Of a stretch of DNA of 64,000 bases, positions 30,501-44,770 are shown piece by piece. The DNA lies in assembly GCF_009914755.1 (NCBI RefSeq), contig NC_060930.1, one strand, 5' to 3'. The stretch is from the human T2T-CHM13v2.0 reference genome, Homo sapiens. Within the stretch, counting starts at the first letter, position 1. The number at the start of each line of letters is the position of its first letter. Position numbers and translations under genes: made by a program. Below the pieces are notes generated by a model. That model was not told where the DNA came from. It saw nothing but the letters and a program-made list of their open reading frames with translations, and did not search any database.

Positions 30501-31863
30501 CTATTATTATGTATTTAATTGCTCAAATTATTCCAGCTCTGGCTATTAGGAGCTCCTTTAGGTTGGCTAGAGTATTTTTCAAAGTCCTTAGACTTCTCTT
30601 TAAGATTATGAAATATTAGACATATAATTAACAATATACATAATATTTATAATATAAAAAACAGTATGATGAAAGTAAGTGTACCTAACTCCTCAATATT
30701 TTAACCTTAGTAATTGAGTGAAGATACAGGAAAATGAGAGAAAAGAAATGAAAAGAAAAATCAGTAGTTTTGTTTCAGATATGTTAAGTTTGAGTTGCTT
30801 ATTAGATACCAGTTAAGGGTGCTAAAGAGAGGGTTGGACATATAAGTCTGGAGCTCAGGGTGGTGGTAAAGGCTAGTCGATAAAACCTGAGGGGGTTTAG
30901 GCTGACATCTATGTTTCAGAAAGAAGAAAAATATCATGCACAATCCCACCACTCAAAGATAAATTCTGTTAACTAACATTTTTAAGTAGCTCCCTCCAAC
31001 GCATGTTTTTATATGGCTAAGATATACTGTATGCACAATATCACATTCTTTTTTCTCACTTAACATTGTAGTAGAAACATTTCCAATTTGTTATTAATAT
31101 CCAAACATATTCACATGCCATAATTTATTCTTAGCATTACAAAAATTTACACCTATATGTCTTGGTTTTAGATTCTTTTCTCTGAATTTTCTTGTCCTAA
31201 GAAAAGCTAAGAGGAGCTCTTCTGACTTTTATAGTCAATATCCTAGTGCTCACCAACCAATTTCTAAGGTTAATTTCAAAGTAAGCTACAAGTTACATCT
31301 ACCCATTTCAAGGAGTCTGTGGTTTTTTAAAGAGCAATACCAACTTCTAATGAGCATTTAACTCCACAATATGCTGCTTCCATAGAAATACAATAAAAGA
31401 AAAATCAGGCATCCATCCTGATGGGAGAAAAAAGTTACATAACCCTAATGTATCAGGGACTTATTCCCTTTGAAAATCTTAAATTTTTGTCCTGTGGAAC
31501 TCAAATCATAAATTTTGAAAATCAAACAGCAACGATAGACTATAACAGCCACAAAACCTAAAATAATTCATCCAAAAATCCAGACTGGAAGATGAAATGA
31601 CACTCTTCGGAAAGCAACTGCTTTTATTCAAGAGCTCTGACAGTTGAGAAACAAGATCAAATCAATAAGATACAGAAGTGTAGTAATCATGCATGCTGTT
31701 TAAACACCCAGAAGATAGCTCTTGATTTTCTGTGAAAATTAAGGAGAGGTGGGCCAGTCCACCTGTTAGTAAAAAATGTTATTTAAGTATTTCTGAAGAT
31801 CTTTTATCCCAAGTGCCTCTGCTTCTGCCTCAACTCTGTGCCTTAAATGTTCCCAAAACGGAC

Positions 31864-32200
<337 letters not shown>

Positions 32201-32288
32201 TTAAAGTTCTTAAGGCTTCTGTTTAAATGCAATTATATAGAAAAAATTTAAAAATTTTCTAACTCCATTCCATACTCCTTTCCAGTTA

Positions 32289-32667
<379 letters not shown>

Positions 32668-33409
32668 TTATTGCTGGTCATTCATTTAGCAAGGACCTGA
32701 AGGAATGAAGCCCTAAAGAGAAAAATTTACATGTAAAAAAACTTATCTATTTTGATTTTGATTATTTTATCCATGATGTGGTTAAAAAACAATCAACAGT
32801 GCAGAAAGGCTTGGACTGAGAAGAGCAGCTAAATTTTGACTGAGATCTTTGGAGAAATGTGTGGCACATCCAGAAGACAGCTGAGTGTCCTGTGGCACGT
32901 GAGAAAACAGTAAAAGGCAGTAAATAGGGAAGACACGTTACAGTCAAATTTCACTTACTTAGTCACTTTGCCTAAATCTAGCTCTAAAAGAGAGAGAAAC
33001 AAGGGAAGTTAATTTGTTGCTGTTTTATCTATTTAGTTCAGTCTTCCCTAATTAGGTCTGTAAAGTATTGTTTCACTTCTTCTATTACTCTCAGGTCAAT
33101 GTACTAATCTGCAGCAAATTTATCATAAGGCAGCTAGGCAGGCCAGGAGCAGAAGAATGCCCATGGTTACTCAGTGGAAACAGGTGGTGCTCTAATTCCT
33201 TTGCCAGGGTAGTTTCACAGAGGTTCAAGGGGCAGCTGAGCCTTCATTCTCACCTAGTATCAATGAAAGGGAACAAGGTAGCATAAGATGGAGATAATTT
33301 GCACTATACTCTTTTTCAGCAGAGTCAGCCAGGCACAATGAGGAGTTGAGCTTCATCCCCTACTCCAAGATGGAAAGAGAACAGAATAGTTGGTACTCTG
33401 ATTCCTCTG

Positions 33410-34465
33410 GAAAGAATTGGCACAGCATTTTTCAAGTGCTGAAAGAAAATAACAAGTAACCATAAATGCTATACCCAGCAAAAATATCCTTCAGAGATGA
33501 AGGGAAAATCAAGGCATTTTCAGAGAAAGGAAAACAAAGAGCATGTGTTGCCAGCAGGCTTGCCCTTAAAGAGTGGCTAAAGGAATTTCTCTAAACAGAA
33601 AATAACAGATGGAGACTGTGACTTGGGAAAGAAATAACAATGAAATAGACAAAATAGATGTAAATACAATAAACTACCCTTCTCCTCATGAGATTTTTCA
33701 AATTATGTTTAATAATTGAAGAAAAAATTGTAACATTTGATGTGGTACTTATATATGTATAAAAAATACTTAAGACATATTTTTTAAGCAGGGAAGGTAA
33801 AAAGACCTACATGAAAGTAAGGTTGCACACTTTGCTTGTAGTGGCAAAATACCAGTTTACTGTGATGTGTTACATATGTATATTGTAATACTTAGAGCAA
33901 CCTCTAAAAAACTATAAAAACAAATATATACAAAAGCACCACATATCAAAATGTAAGTCAAAAAATTTTCAAGTAATTCACTAGAAGGCAGAGGAACAAG
34001 ATTCAGAATGAATAAACAGAAAATAAATAATAAAATGACATACTGAAATCCTAAAATATCAATAATTACTTTAAATGTGCATGATCTAATATGCCAATGA
34101 AAACAAAGTTGGGTAGTGTTTTTTTTTATTCATATGGGATAAAAAATAATGCAGATTTTTAAAACATGACCCAACTATACCCTGCCTATGTGAAATTCAC
34201 TTCAAAGTGAATACATGGGTTATTTGAAAGTAAAAGAATAAAAAACAATATATCACGCAAAGTAATAAAAAAGCAGCAGGAGTGTCTATATTAATATTAG
34301 ATAAAGTCGATTTTAGAGTGAAGGAAATTAGTAGGAGCAAGGAATATATATAATAATGAAAAGATTAACCCACCATGAAGACTTGTAAACACTAAATATG
34401 TATTCACCAACAACAAAGCTTCAAAATATAGGAAGAAAAAACTGATAGAGATGAAAGAAAAGCAC
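33410..34465 (+). mobile_element. Old L1M: ORF1 end and ORF2 endonuclease region
   Basis: tttcaagtgctgaaagaaaataac...atacccagcaaaaatatccttc; atgacccaactataccctgcctat; caaagcttcaaaatatag. Confidence 0.75.
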
Positions 34466-36380
34466 ACGTGGCACATGAATGGCTGTTATTTGAATTTTTA
34501 TCCTCATTAGAAAATAATGCAGTAATGATAAATTGCAATGTCATCTCTGGCCATGGAAGACTTAACAAGACTTCAGCTTCCTCATCTGTAGAGTTAGACA
34601 GCAATTATGATTTGGACTTGACAAGAAATGGAATATGCTAACCCTAAGTGTTGCCCAGTCATTTCCCATGGTCATACCAGATACTGCCAATTTTTACCTT
34701 TTATTTATTTGCCAATAATTTATGGATTACCTACTTTATGGTAGTAGTGATGCAGTGGTGCCTAAGGACATGGGATAAGTTCGATGGAAGCATATAACAG
34801 TAGGAACAAAACAAAGAGATAAAGAGGATACTATAAATTAACCACAGAATATGCGAGAAATGCCTGAGGGCCAGATGGCATTAAGAATGAAGTATATGGA
34901 AGAAATGCCCACCTAGAACCCAGAGATACTCTGGTAGCTGAGGAAAATAGATTGCAGGCAAGCTTTTGAGTTCTGTTCCTTTTTATATTGCATATGACCT
35001 GGAGTGGGTCCCAGCTCCATCACTTCTGTGAAAGAGCCAGCAACAGCAGCAGCAGTTCAAATCATTTAGTGCTGGAGTGGAGGGGGACTTACATCATTTC
35101 TGACTGCTTCAGGTGAGGAACTGATGGTAAAAGTTATCTGTAGGACATCCAGCATTGTCATATCCTCCTCCATATCATCTGTGCTAGCCGATTACAATCA
35201 AAGGAGTTGACCACCTAACAGTGTGCTCTTTTTTCCTATAAGGCATTTTATGAAAGACATGGTTGCTAAGTAAGATAGTACCCAATATGAGTTCTTACTA
35301 CCTAAAGCTCTTTCTCTGGAAGTATATCCATTCCTTCCTTCTTATCCTTAAAAGGAGAGACACAGGCTAGGGCTTGGACTATACCAACAATGACATATAC
35401 TGAGACACGTTACTCAGAAGATTAGCTGATGTCACCAGAGGAAGGAAGGAAAAGTTCATGAACAAAAATAATTAAACACTGGAAGAGTATAGCCAATATA
35501 AAAAGGAAAAATAGTATAGTGAGTAGATGCTTCCGTAACAAATAAAATAATAAAACAGGACGATCAGTAATTTAAACGAAACATCATTTTTATCTTCAAA
35601 AAGATAAGGAACAATTTTGGTAATCAATTGGTAATCAGTTTGGACAATGACATACTGAAGTCATGTCCAAATTGATGTATAAAATAGAGAAATTTATGAC
35701 AAGAAGTCATAAAGATGAACATAAAAATATTAAATATGAAAAAATTAATAGATAAAATTAGAAAGACAATAGATGAGCTAAATAGCATTATGATTACAAT
35801 TGGTGCCAAATGATCAGATTGAAGAACTAACCCTAGAAGACAGCAGAGAGATGCAAAATGGATGGTTTTTTATGTTAAAGGGATATAGAAGATAGAAGTA
35901 GAAATACCAATAGCCAATTTAAAGAAGTCTCAAAAGGAAGAACGATAAAGAAAAACACAAACAAGAGGGAGAAAATAGACAGTGATAAACCTGTCAGAAA
36001 TAAAGATGGAAATCTCAAATTGGAAGTTTCCATAGAATTTCAAACAGGATAAAGATATACCCATAACTAGCCTCATTACAATAAAATTTGACACTCTCAC
36101 TTTAGAGTTAAGTTTAGTAATACCTAAAAGCTTCCAGAAAGAGTAGATCACTTCGAAAAGAACAAGAATTGGATGGATACCTGACTTCTCGACAGCAACA
36201 CTGAATATGAGAGGACAATGAACAAATATTTTAAAAATATTAATGAGAAAGAACTTTGAACCTAGAATTAATATTTAGCCTGACTATCATTTAAATGCAA
36301 GAATAAATAAAAAAGTTATCAGGCATATCAGGCATAAAGCTTCAAACATTGCTACATAAAAACTTTCTTCGAAAACATTC

Positions 36381-36648
36381 CTTTTTTTTTTTTTTTTTTC
36401 TGTCACCCAGGGCCACGATCTCAACTCACTGCAACCTCAACCTCCTGGGTTCAAGTGATTCTCATGCCTCAGCCTCCTGAGTAGCTGGGATTACTGGTGC
36501 CTGCCACCATGCCCAGCTAACTTTTGTATTTTTATTAGGGACAGGGTTTCACTATGTTGGCCAGGCTGGAACTCCTAACCTGAGGTGATCCATCTCCCTT
36601 GGGCTCCCAAAGTGCTGGGATAACAGGCGTGAGCCACCGTGCCCGGCC
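36381..36648 (-). mobile_element. AluS with internal deletions
   Basis: Poly-T tail; cacccagg joined to gccacgatc; ends gagccaccgtgcccggcc. Confidence 0.92.
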
Positions 36649-36952
36649 TGAAAATACTCTTGAGGAACTACATGAATAAGAAGAGAAATAAATTTAAAAA
36701 GATGCTATAAGAGACATGGGGCTCAAAGGGATCAAGTAACTTAGAAAATATATTGTTTTAAACAGAAAGGATCAAATCAGAAAAATAAAAAATACAACAC
36801 AAATGAACAAAAAAAGAAAAGAAAAAGAATGTGCATAACCCAGAACTTGCATTTTACATGATAACATCTGGGAATTGGAGTTAACGGAGACGACAAAGAA
36901 GATGATAATGTGCTAAAGCACTTATCCTGCTTGGGGACAGAGATATGATTGA

Positions 36953-36979
36953 TTGATAGATAGATAGGTAGATAGATAG
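36953..36979. repeat. Short (GATA)n repeat
   Basis: gatagatagataggtagatagataga. Confidence 0.8.
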
Positions 36980-37787
36980 AGTGAATGATACAATTAAGAA
37001 ATTAAGATAAATCTTACATAGGCACAAATGTCAGAATGACAAAATGAAATGTATAAACTTTCAACCCAAAAGAATGAAAGCGGAACTATCCAGTGGCAGG
37101 CTTCAGGAATGGAGAAAATAATAACATATAGTTAATATAAAATATGAAGTAAAGTCATAAGAAATAAACATTATAATTATAATTAAATAAACACAAATAT
37201 GTTAAGCTCATTCTGAAACAGTGACTCTCAGATTGGATTTAAAAATAAAATCCAGTAATACACTGTCTATAAGAGATGTACTTTTATAAAAAGAACATAG
37301 AAAAGTTGAAAATAAAAGGATGTGAAAGATACACCTAGCAATTATGAAAGCTAGCAAGTTTCGTATGTGATGAAATAGAATTCAAGAGAAATATAAACCA
37401 TAAGGAACAAAAAGAAACATCATCTTGACACAAAAAACAATATGTTGTGGGAGGTAATGAAATTGAGATAAGAAATATAGCTAAGTTACAAAATTTGGAT
37501 ATAAAAGGAAGGGAAAGACTGGATGGTAGCTGATGAGAGAAATGGGATTGTGGAGCGTATTTTTAGTATATACTAGTAGAGTTCTTGAGAAGGTGGTAGG
37601 ACCTGAGATGCAGAACATAGGAAGAGAAACAATAGTCCCACAGTAAAACGAAAGAGGGGAAGACGAGGCACATGCAGGTGGGCCTACAGATTTCGTGGTG
37701 GAACAACAAGGCCCTTCTGTTTTGTTGACCCAGGGTGGGACCTTACATGGTTTTCAGCCCTGTATTTAGTTTGCAGACAGATGAAAC

Positions 37788-38315
37788 TGTTATCAGAAAG
37801 AGGTCGAGATCCAGACCCCAAGAGAGGGTTCTTGGATCTTGCACAAGAAATAATTCAGGGCCAGTCCATAAAGTGAAAGCAAGTTTATTAAGAAAGTAAA
37901 GGAATAAAAGTAAACCCCGAGGGCTGCTGGTTTCCCATTTTTATGGTTAGTTCTTGATTATATGCTAAACAAGGGGTGGATTATTCATGCCTCCCCTTTG
38001 TAGTCCACATAGGGTAACTTCCCGATGTTGCCCTGGCATTTGTAAACTGTCATAGCACTGGTGGGAGCGTAGCAGTGAGGACGACCAGAGGTCACTCTTG
38101 TGGCCATCTTGGTTTTTGTGGGTTTTGGCTGCCTTCTTTACTACAACCTATTTTATCAGCAAGGTCTTTATGACCTGTATCTTGTGATATCCTCCTATCT
38201 CATCCTATGACTTAGAATGCCTTAACCATCTGGGAGTGCAACCCAGTATGTCTCAGCCTCATTTTACCTAGCCCCTATTCAAGATGGAGTTGCTCCGGTT
38301 CAAATGCCTCTGACA
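37788..38315 (-). mobile_element. Solo ERV1 LTR, MER41A
   Basis: TG...CA termini; gatccagaccccaagagagggttcttggatct and caagatggagttgctccggttcaaatgcctctgaca; 4-bp TSD AAAC (37784-37787, 38316-38319). Confidence 0.9.
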
Positions 38316-40590
38316 AAACTTGTGTCATCTTTCATACATCTAAGATGTTGAAAGATGATCTCTATGCATCTAAATTACTCCTGCACTGAACAACAAGCAA
38401 AAGAAGAAAAAACAAAATTTCACATTCCACAACCAAAATGCTTATCACATCTCAATAAGCACACAAAGCTTGATTTTTATTTCTTATTTGTATAATATGT
38501 ACATTTTTTCATAATGCTGGTCTCTCTGATATGTTTAAAGACATAAAAACTAAGTGTATAAAATTCAGGCTAAGTTAAGAAGTATAAAATATATACAATT
38601 CAGATTTCCAATCCAGTTTTCAAATCCCAGAGATGCAGCTAAGCTTTGAAAGTTTAGATGTGCGTCTGAACTAAGCCTTTGAAACTTCTGTTGTTTGCCA
38701 TCTCTGATGGAAATGTCTGCTTCAGGAATGTGCCTTTATTACACTGAGAATGAAAACCATCAGTTACAGTAAGTGGCCTGATGTCTTCATGAGGGACTTC
38801 AAAATACATGAAAGAAAATCTTGCCCACTGAACCACAGTAATGGTGTGTCCAGTACCAGTGCACAACAAGGGTCAGAGAAAGGGAAAGCTTGAGTCTGGC
38901 TTCTCTGGTCTAAGAAAATAATGCAGACTTTTTTTTCCTGGAAACAAAAAACTGGTGCAACATGTGCCTGGAGAAGAGAACAAAGGTTGCTATTTTTTTC
39001 TTAATGACAGCTCTGGGTTCTGAAATTGAGCACGGCAGGTAGGAAGAGCGTGTATAGATTTCAAAAGATATCTAAATGTTACACAGCCACTTTCCTTATG
39101 AACAAGCAGCACCAAATGTGTTAGCAGTTTTCTTTGTTTTTTTTAACCAAAAACAAGACATTCTGACAAAAAAACAAAACAAAACAAAAAAAACCGCCTG
39201 CTATTCTTGCCTCTCTCTGCCTTGACTTCACTGTCAGAAAGGAGAGATTTGTCCATGATGGAAGTTGGGGGCCGTGAAGGGCTAACCTGTCCATTCTGAT
39301 GACTTCCCACTTTCAATTAATTCCCAGCCTCAGGGGATGCCTCTCTCTTCTCCTCTCTTTGTTTTTATAATTGTCATTACTGTTTGCTAAATGTCTCCCT
39401 GCATGCTCTTTACTTCAATACACTGTTTCAGGACAATTATGGATTCCTCTACTCCAGGACATTTCACAAATAAATCATGGAGATTGAGAAGTCTGTCTCC
39501 CATGCCTGATGCTATTTTATGCATTTACAAGAAACTCTAAAGGGAGATTTTTTTTTAAAGCATTGATCGAATGTGCAAAGTATAACAAAAAGATAGGTAA
39601 TATTTTTAAAAGGTATTTGTGACAAGGCAATTTGATCAGCCTAAATTAAAGATTAGATGTCGGAAAAAAAAGGAATTTGTAAAAGTAGGTACAGAATAGT
39701 TCAAGGAGGATGTGAAAGTCTCAATTACTGCTTGATATTAAAAACCAGAGGCTAGACCCCAGCCGTGCATCAAAAGACTGCATTGATAGCTGATGAAAAA
39801 ACAAAGATGAATATTCAATGTGATGTCATTATGATTGGAAATGTAAATGTGTCTCCAAAAGGCATAATTCCAGTCATTAGGCATCTAAGAAAAGATCCTT
39901 TCCTTGACTTATTTATGGCTAAATTCACAGATAGATGACAAGTTTTGTAGGATGGAAGAAACATGTCAAATGCCTTGCCAAAAGACTTAGAGGGGAGGGG
40001 TTGTGAGTGGTAAAGGAATGAAACCCTTCAAGGTTAGGATAATAAAGCAAATCATTCTGTTGTGAAAATACATAAAAGGAGGTTTCTAAATGAGGATGGA
40101 TTAATTTTGCCCCCAGTAGATGAAATTAGATCATGAAAACTTCTGTTTAGATAAGAGTGAGGTGAGTAACAATGAAAATATGAGGAAATAGAAAGAAGTA
40201 GAATGAAGTAGCTACTCAAATCACTGAAATAGAGGAATGAAAAGGACCAGTCGTTTCTACCACAGCTTGATAGCCACATTTGTGCAATGGTCTCTTGCTA
40301 TTACAGTTAGCATCCCTCCCTCACCCACCCCCAAAAAGAGTAGGAGGGAAATCTGAATACCCAAGACATTTTTACAATCCCTGACAATTTTATGACCTTT
40401 GCATGCACAGCGTTACTTATTTTTCTCTGCATTACATTGAGAAACTCTGGTCATGTTCAGTTGAATTTCTAACCTGAAGTCTGTGTCCTCAGAAATGTGG
40501 AGATCATTATTCTGGGCTGGCTGTCTTTGGCTGTGTTGGTATTATCTACATCTAAAAACAAAATTGGCATGGAAGTGGGAATAGAAAGAA

Positions 40591-40917
40591 TGAGAAAAGA
40601 GGAGGCGAGAGGGTGGCTCAACAGTTGAGACAGGTTTTCAAGAGTAAACCTCAAAAGGGCTTCTGGCCAGCAGGGTCAGGAGCAAACTTTTCTTATAGCC
40701 TGAGGCTTTTTTAAAGGGCCCGGTGGGGAATTGTGCTTTGAAGCAAGATTCTATTAGGGAGGGTTTGGAGAAGTGCTGGCTGTTCTGTTAGGGCCATTAT
40801 GCTCTGTTGAAGCTATGGGCAGGGGTGACATTCGGGGTTCTGGCCAGGTGGCCAAATAGAAACTCAAAGCTTAAGACGGTGGGGTGTTCTGAAGATGGCG
40901 GCACTCTTGTCCTATCA
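40591..40917 (-). mobile_element. Possible solo LTR of undetermined family
   Basis: TG...CA-bounded GC-richer island with YY1 motif near one end; no TSD found. Confidence 0.35.
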
Positions 40918-42027
40918 GTTTGAAATGGTTTACAGTGGAAAAGCAATGGGACGAGTGTTATCCGATCTCTATATAACCATCTAGCATAATTTGGCCTCCT
41001 GTATGTTACCCTATTTTCTTCTTTGTCTGTAAGCTTTCTCAGATGAGGTGAACAGATGGTATATTGGGAGACAGGCTGAAATGAATGGAAAAAAAAGTGC
41101 ATAGTACTTCAGTAGAAGGTGAAAAAGATGAGACCAAAGTGGACCCGATTCCCAGCCTCCCAGAGATCGTATTGGCGGCATCTGTTTGTTTTTAAATCAA
41201 TTTTCTTCTTATTTCTTCCTCAATAAGACTTTGCTGAATGTTTTCACTTTAGTGTTTAAGTGAAAAAAATAGCACGTGGTTTATCTGGTGCCTTACCTTA
41301 ATGAAAAAATACTGCCTTTAATATTTCCTCTGTGTTAACTGACTGGCTTAGCTCTTGATGTGATGAAAACAGATTATCCGAAGACCCATTCCACTAAAAG
41401 CAGATTCTGTTGATGGCGCGTCCATCCTAATGATTCAGGAGCTCAGTTTGCCTCCAGCAGAGAAACACCCAAAACAAGAAGGAAAAAAAAAGATAGTGGG
41501 AATGAGAATACAATTGTGGTTGCTACTTAATGGTTGAGATTTCTTATAACACTATCACAGGAAAACTGCTTGCCAGGGTTATGACAGTAATATCAAGATT
41601 TAGCTTAAGACTAAAAAATTACAATAATTTCTCTTCTTCCCTCCTGTTACTCCAACCTAGGAAGCCAGCTAAGTAAACACTATCGTTGTAAAGCAGATGG
41701 AACCTTTCCAAGGAGAGAAAAGCTATAGAGATGACTGAAAAAAAAAAATCAAGGTGCAGGCACCACACAAGGGCAGGGCTGTAGTTTCAGCAGAGGAAAC
41801 ATTTGCTTATTATACTCATGGAACTAAAGATGCCTTGTGCTCACAGGCTGGCCTTTGGTATCCTATCTTAACACGATGCAATTATAAACTGTGCATAAAA
41901 CTGTGATTATGACCCTAAAAATGGGTCTATCTTCCTAATGTCACCCATCAATTGTACAATGCCAGAAATCTCTCCAGTAACTGGTCTTGTTCAGCACTGA
42001 ATTATTTTTCTATGATTCATTTGACAC

Positions 42028-42500
42028 TTACATTAGTTTCCTAGGGCTGCCATCACAAAGTACCACAAACTGGTGGCTTCAACAACAGAAATTTATTGTC
42101 TCAAAGTTCTGGAAGCTAGAAGTCTCAGATGAAGGTGTCGCCAGGGTTGGTTCCTTCTGAGGACTGTGAGGGAGAATCTGTTCCATGCTTCTCCTAGCAT
42201 CTGGTGGTTTGCTGGAAATCTTTGCCATTCCTTGGCTTGTAGTTGCATCCCCTAGTCTGTGCATTTGTCTTCTCATGGCGTTCTGCCTGTATCTTTTCTT
42301 ATAGTTCTCCCACAATGCATGTCTCTGGGTTGAAATTTCCCCTTTTTCTAAAAACTCATATTGGGTTAGTGCCAATCGTATCTTATTTTAATCTGATTAA
42401 CTCTGTAAAGACCCTCATTCCAAATAAGGGTCACATTCTGAGGTTCTGGGGGTTAGTGCGTCAATGAATCTTTTTGGACGACACAATTCAACCCAAGACA
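42028..42500 (-). mobile_element. MaLR LTR (MLT1C-like)
   Basis: ttagtttcctagggctgccatcacaaagtaccacaaactgg...cacattctgaggttctggggg...acacaattcaaccc. Confidence 0.85.
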
Positions 42501-44639
42501 TAACCTAAACTAGTTGGTGATAATTCAGCTGTTTTTTTTTTTCAGCTGTCCTCAAATGAGAATCACTATCTGTCCCTAAAATGAGAATACTAGTCAAAAC
42601 TTCTGATGTAAAGCTGCTCTCTCAAATGACTCCAAATCCTTCCAGAATAGAGCTGTACCTCTTCTGTACCTAAGCAGCAGGGATGACAACGTGATATTTA
42701 ATTCCATGTTTTCTTTTGGGTGTTTTACTAGGGTTCCAGGGCTTCTAGTGATTTGCTTCTGCTGACAATCAAGAGGGTGTTGCATCCACTGCGCCAGCTA
42801 TTGATGGCTCCCAAAATGTGTAGTACAGCCGTGGAAAACCCACTCCTCCCACCAGCAATGCCACCTGTACCAGATGACTGTTCACTGGCCTTTCTTTTGA
42901 GGTTGGAGAAAACCTCATTGTTGAGGGAGTTTGCCCCAGTGGTATCAGCTCTTAGAGATCTTAAACGTTAAACCCCTTATTTTAGCTTGCTGTCCCTGCT
43001 ACTGGGACTACCAGAAACATTTCCCAAGATTGGGGCTGGAGATAGTTGAAGGTATCATTTGCTGTGTCACGTCACCTGATATTATAAATGTAATGCAATG
43101 TATATCGTGAACTTGAAAGCACACACATTATAAGTGGCCTGATAAGCCATATCTGGGGGCTTGAACTTACAAGGGAGGAAGATGACATCCCGAGTTTTAA
43201 AAATGATTGCATGATAGCATGGTGAAAAAGTTGTGTGTTCACCAAGAAGTCACTACTTAGGCATCAGATGTAGTTTAGTCATCTGTTTACTACTGCACAT
43301 AACCCTCCCGTACTTGGGCCATGTTCAGAAGCCAGAATATTCATGGATTTGATATAAGCATGAAGATTTTTGGCTTCCACAAGTGTGCCTCACCTGGGTA
43401 GCAAATTTCTCATGTGTGTCCCAAGGCCATAGATTGAAGTTTTTCTTTTATCTCTTTACCCACCAAAGTTCAGCCACAGTAAAAACACCACTGTGGAGAC
43501 TTTTATCAAATAATTCAAGGATTTAAGAAAAGGGAAATCATGTAACTAGGAAACAGACTACTGAAAAGATTATTTGTGGGGTCGTGAATATGTATTTCAT
43601 TGACCCTTTACTTGTCTGTGATAGTAATGTGTAACTGGAATTCACTCAACCCAATGGCAACCAGTGCACTCTGCAGGCATGTGGAGGTGCATGCTCAGTG
43701 GTTTGGAAAACTTAGTAATAAAAGTCAAATGGTCTTCTTTATATTGTGGGAAGAAAGTGCTATTTCTTGAGAAAAATGGCAATTTTCACTTCTATTTTTC
43801 TTTTCATGAGTCAGATGTCTATATCATGTGGGTTTAAAAAATAGAGAGAGAGAAGTAATAAAAAATAATATTACTAAGAGAAGAAAGCATATTTCAGTGT
43901 TGACTTTTAAATCTATATTGCAACATACACATTTTGTTTTTATTATAAACATAAGGCCATTTTTTCTGCAAAAGGAACAGAATGCTAACTATTTGTGATG
44001 AGACTGAAAGCAAATAAGAAGGACTCCATTGTATTACCATTCAGTGAAAATTGGTTGCTTCTCCAGAATGACATAAAGAACTTTTCCTGCAGTCAGTTAG
44101 AAAGTAACTTGAAATTGGTAAAACATATAAAACAGCTCTCAAGTTGAATAGCAGGAGGTTGAAAGTTGAGTTTGTACACCACTCACATGATACTTAGGGA
44201 AAAAATTCAGTAAGTACAAAAAAATACCTTTGTCTCAGTGTTAATGGAAGCAGAAGAAGTCATGCAAGGCAATAAAATATGAAAGACCGTGCTGGGGAGA
44301 ATTACAGGAAAGAGTCTCTGGAACCACGGTTTTTCAACAGATTCATTCTGATACTTCCCTAAGGCTGCAGAAATCTACCTATTGTCCATGTCACTCCTGA
44401 ACACAGAGGCTGAACAATAGTTACCAAAACTTCCTTCTCCTAGGAAAGAGGGAGCTATAGTACTGTTATTGTTTGTTCCTGTTGCAGGAGAAAAGACGTG
44501 ATAACAGGGAGGCCTGCATGTGACTGGGTGATAACAGGAAAAGCTATCTCTCCAGAGGGGAGCTTGCCCATTGCTTATTACTGACAAAATGAAGAGTGCC
44601 AAAGATGTGGGTCATTTCTGGGGAAAGATAAAGTGTTGG

Positions 44640-44770
44640 AAGCCTGGTGTGGTGACTGAAGATCAGGAACTCTGAGAGCTAGGTCAGGCTCCATTATTAC
44701 CAGCCCTGTGACCTTGGGCAAGTCACACTGGGGTCTGAGTCTTGGTTTCCTTCTCTATGTTATGAGCATA
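44640..44770. mobile_element. MIR relic
   Basis: ctgtgaccttgggcaagtcac...tctgagtcttggtttccttctct. Confidence 0.65.

Larger units (their letters stand above)
35450..37440 (+). mobile_element. Ancient L1M/HAL1-like relic interrupted by an Alu
   Basis: A-rich ORF1-like gacttctcgacagcaacactgaatatgagaggacaatg; ORF2-start-like ctctcagattggatttaaaaataaaatccag. Confidence 0.5.
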
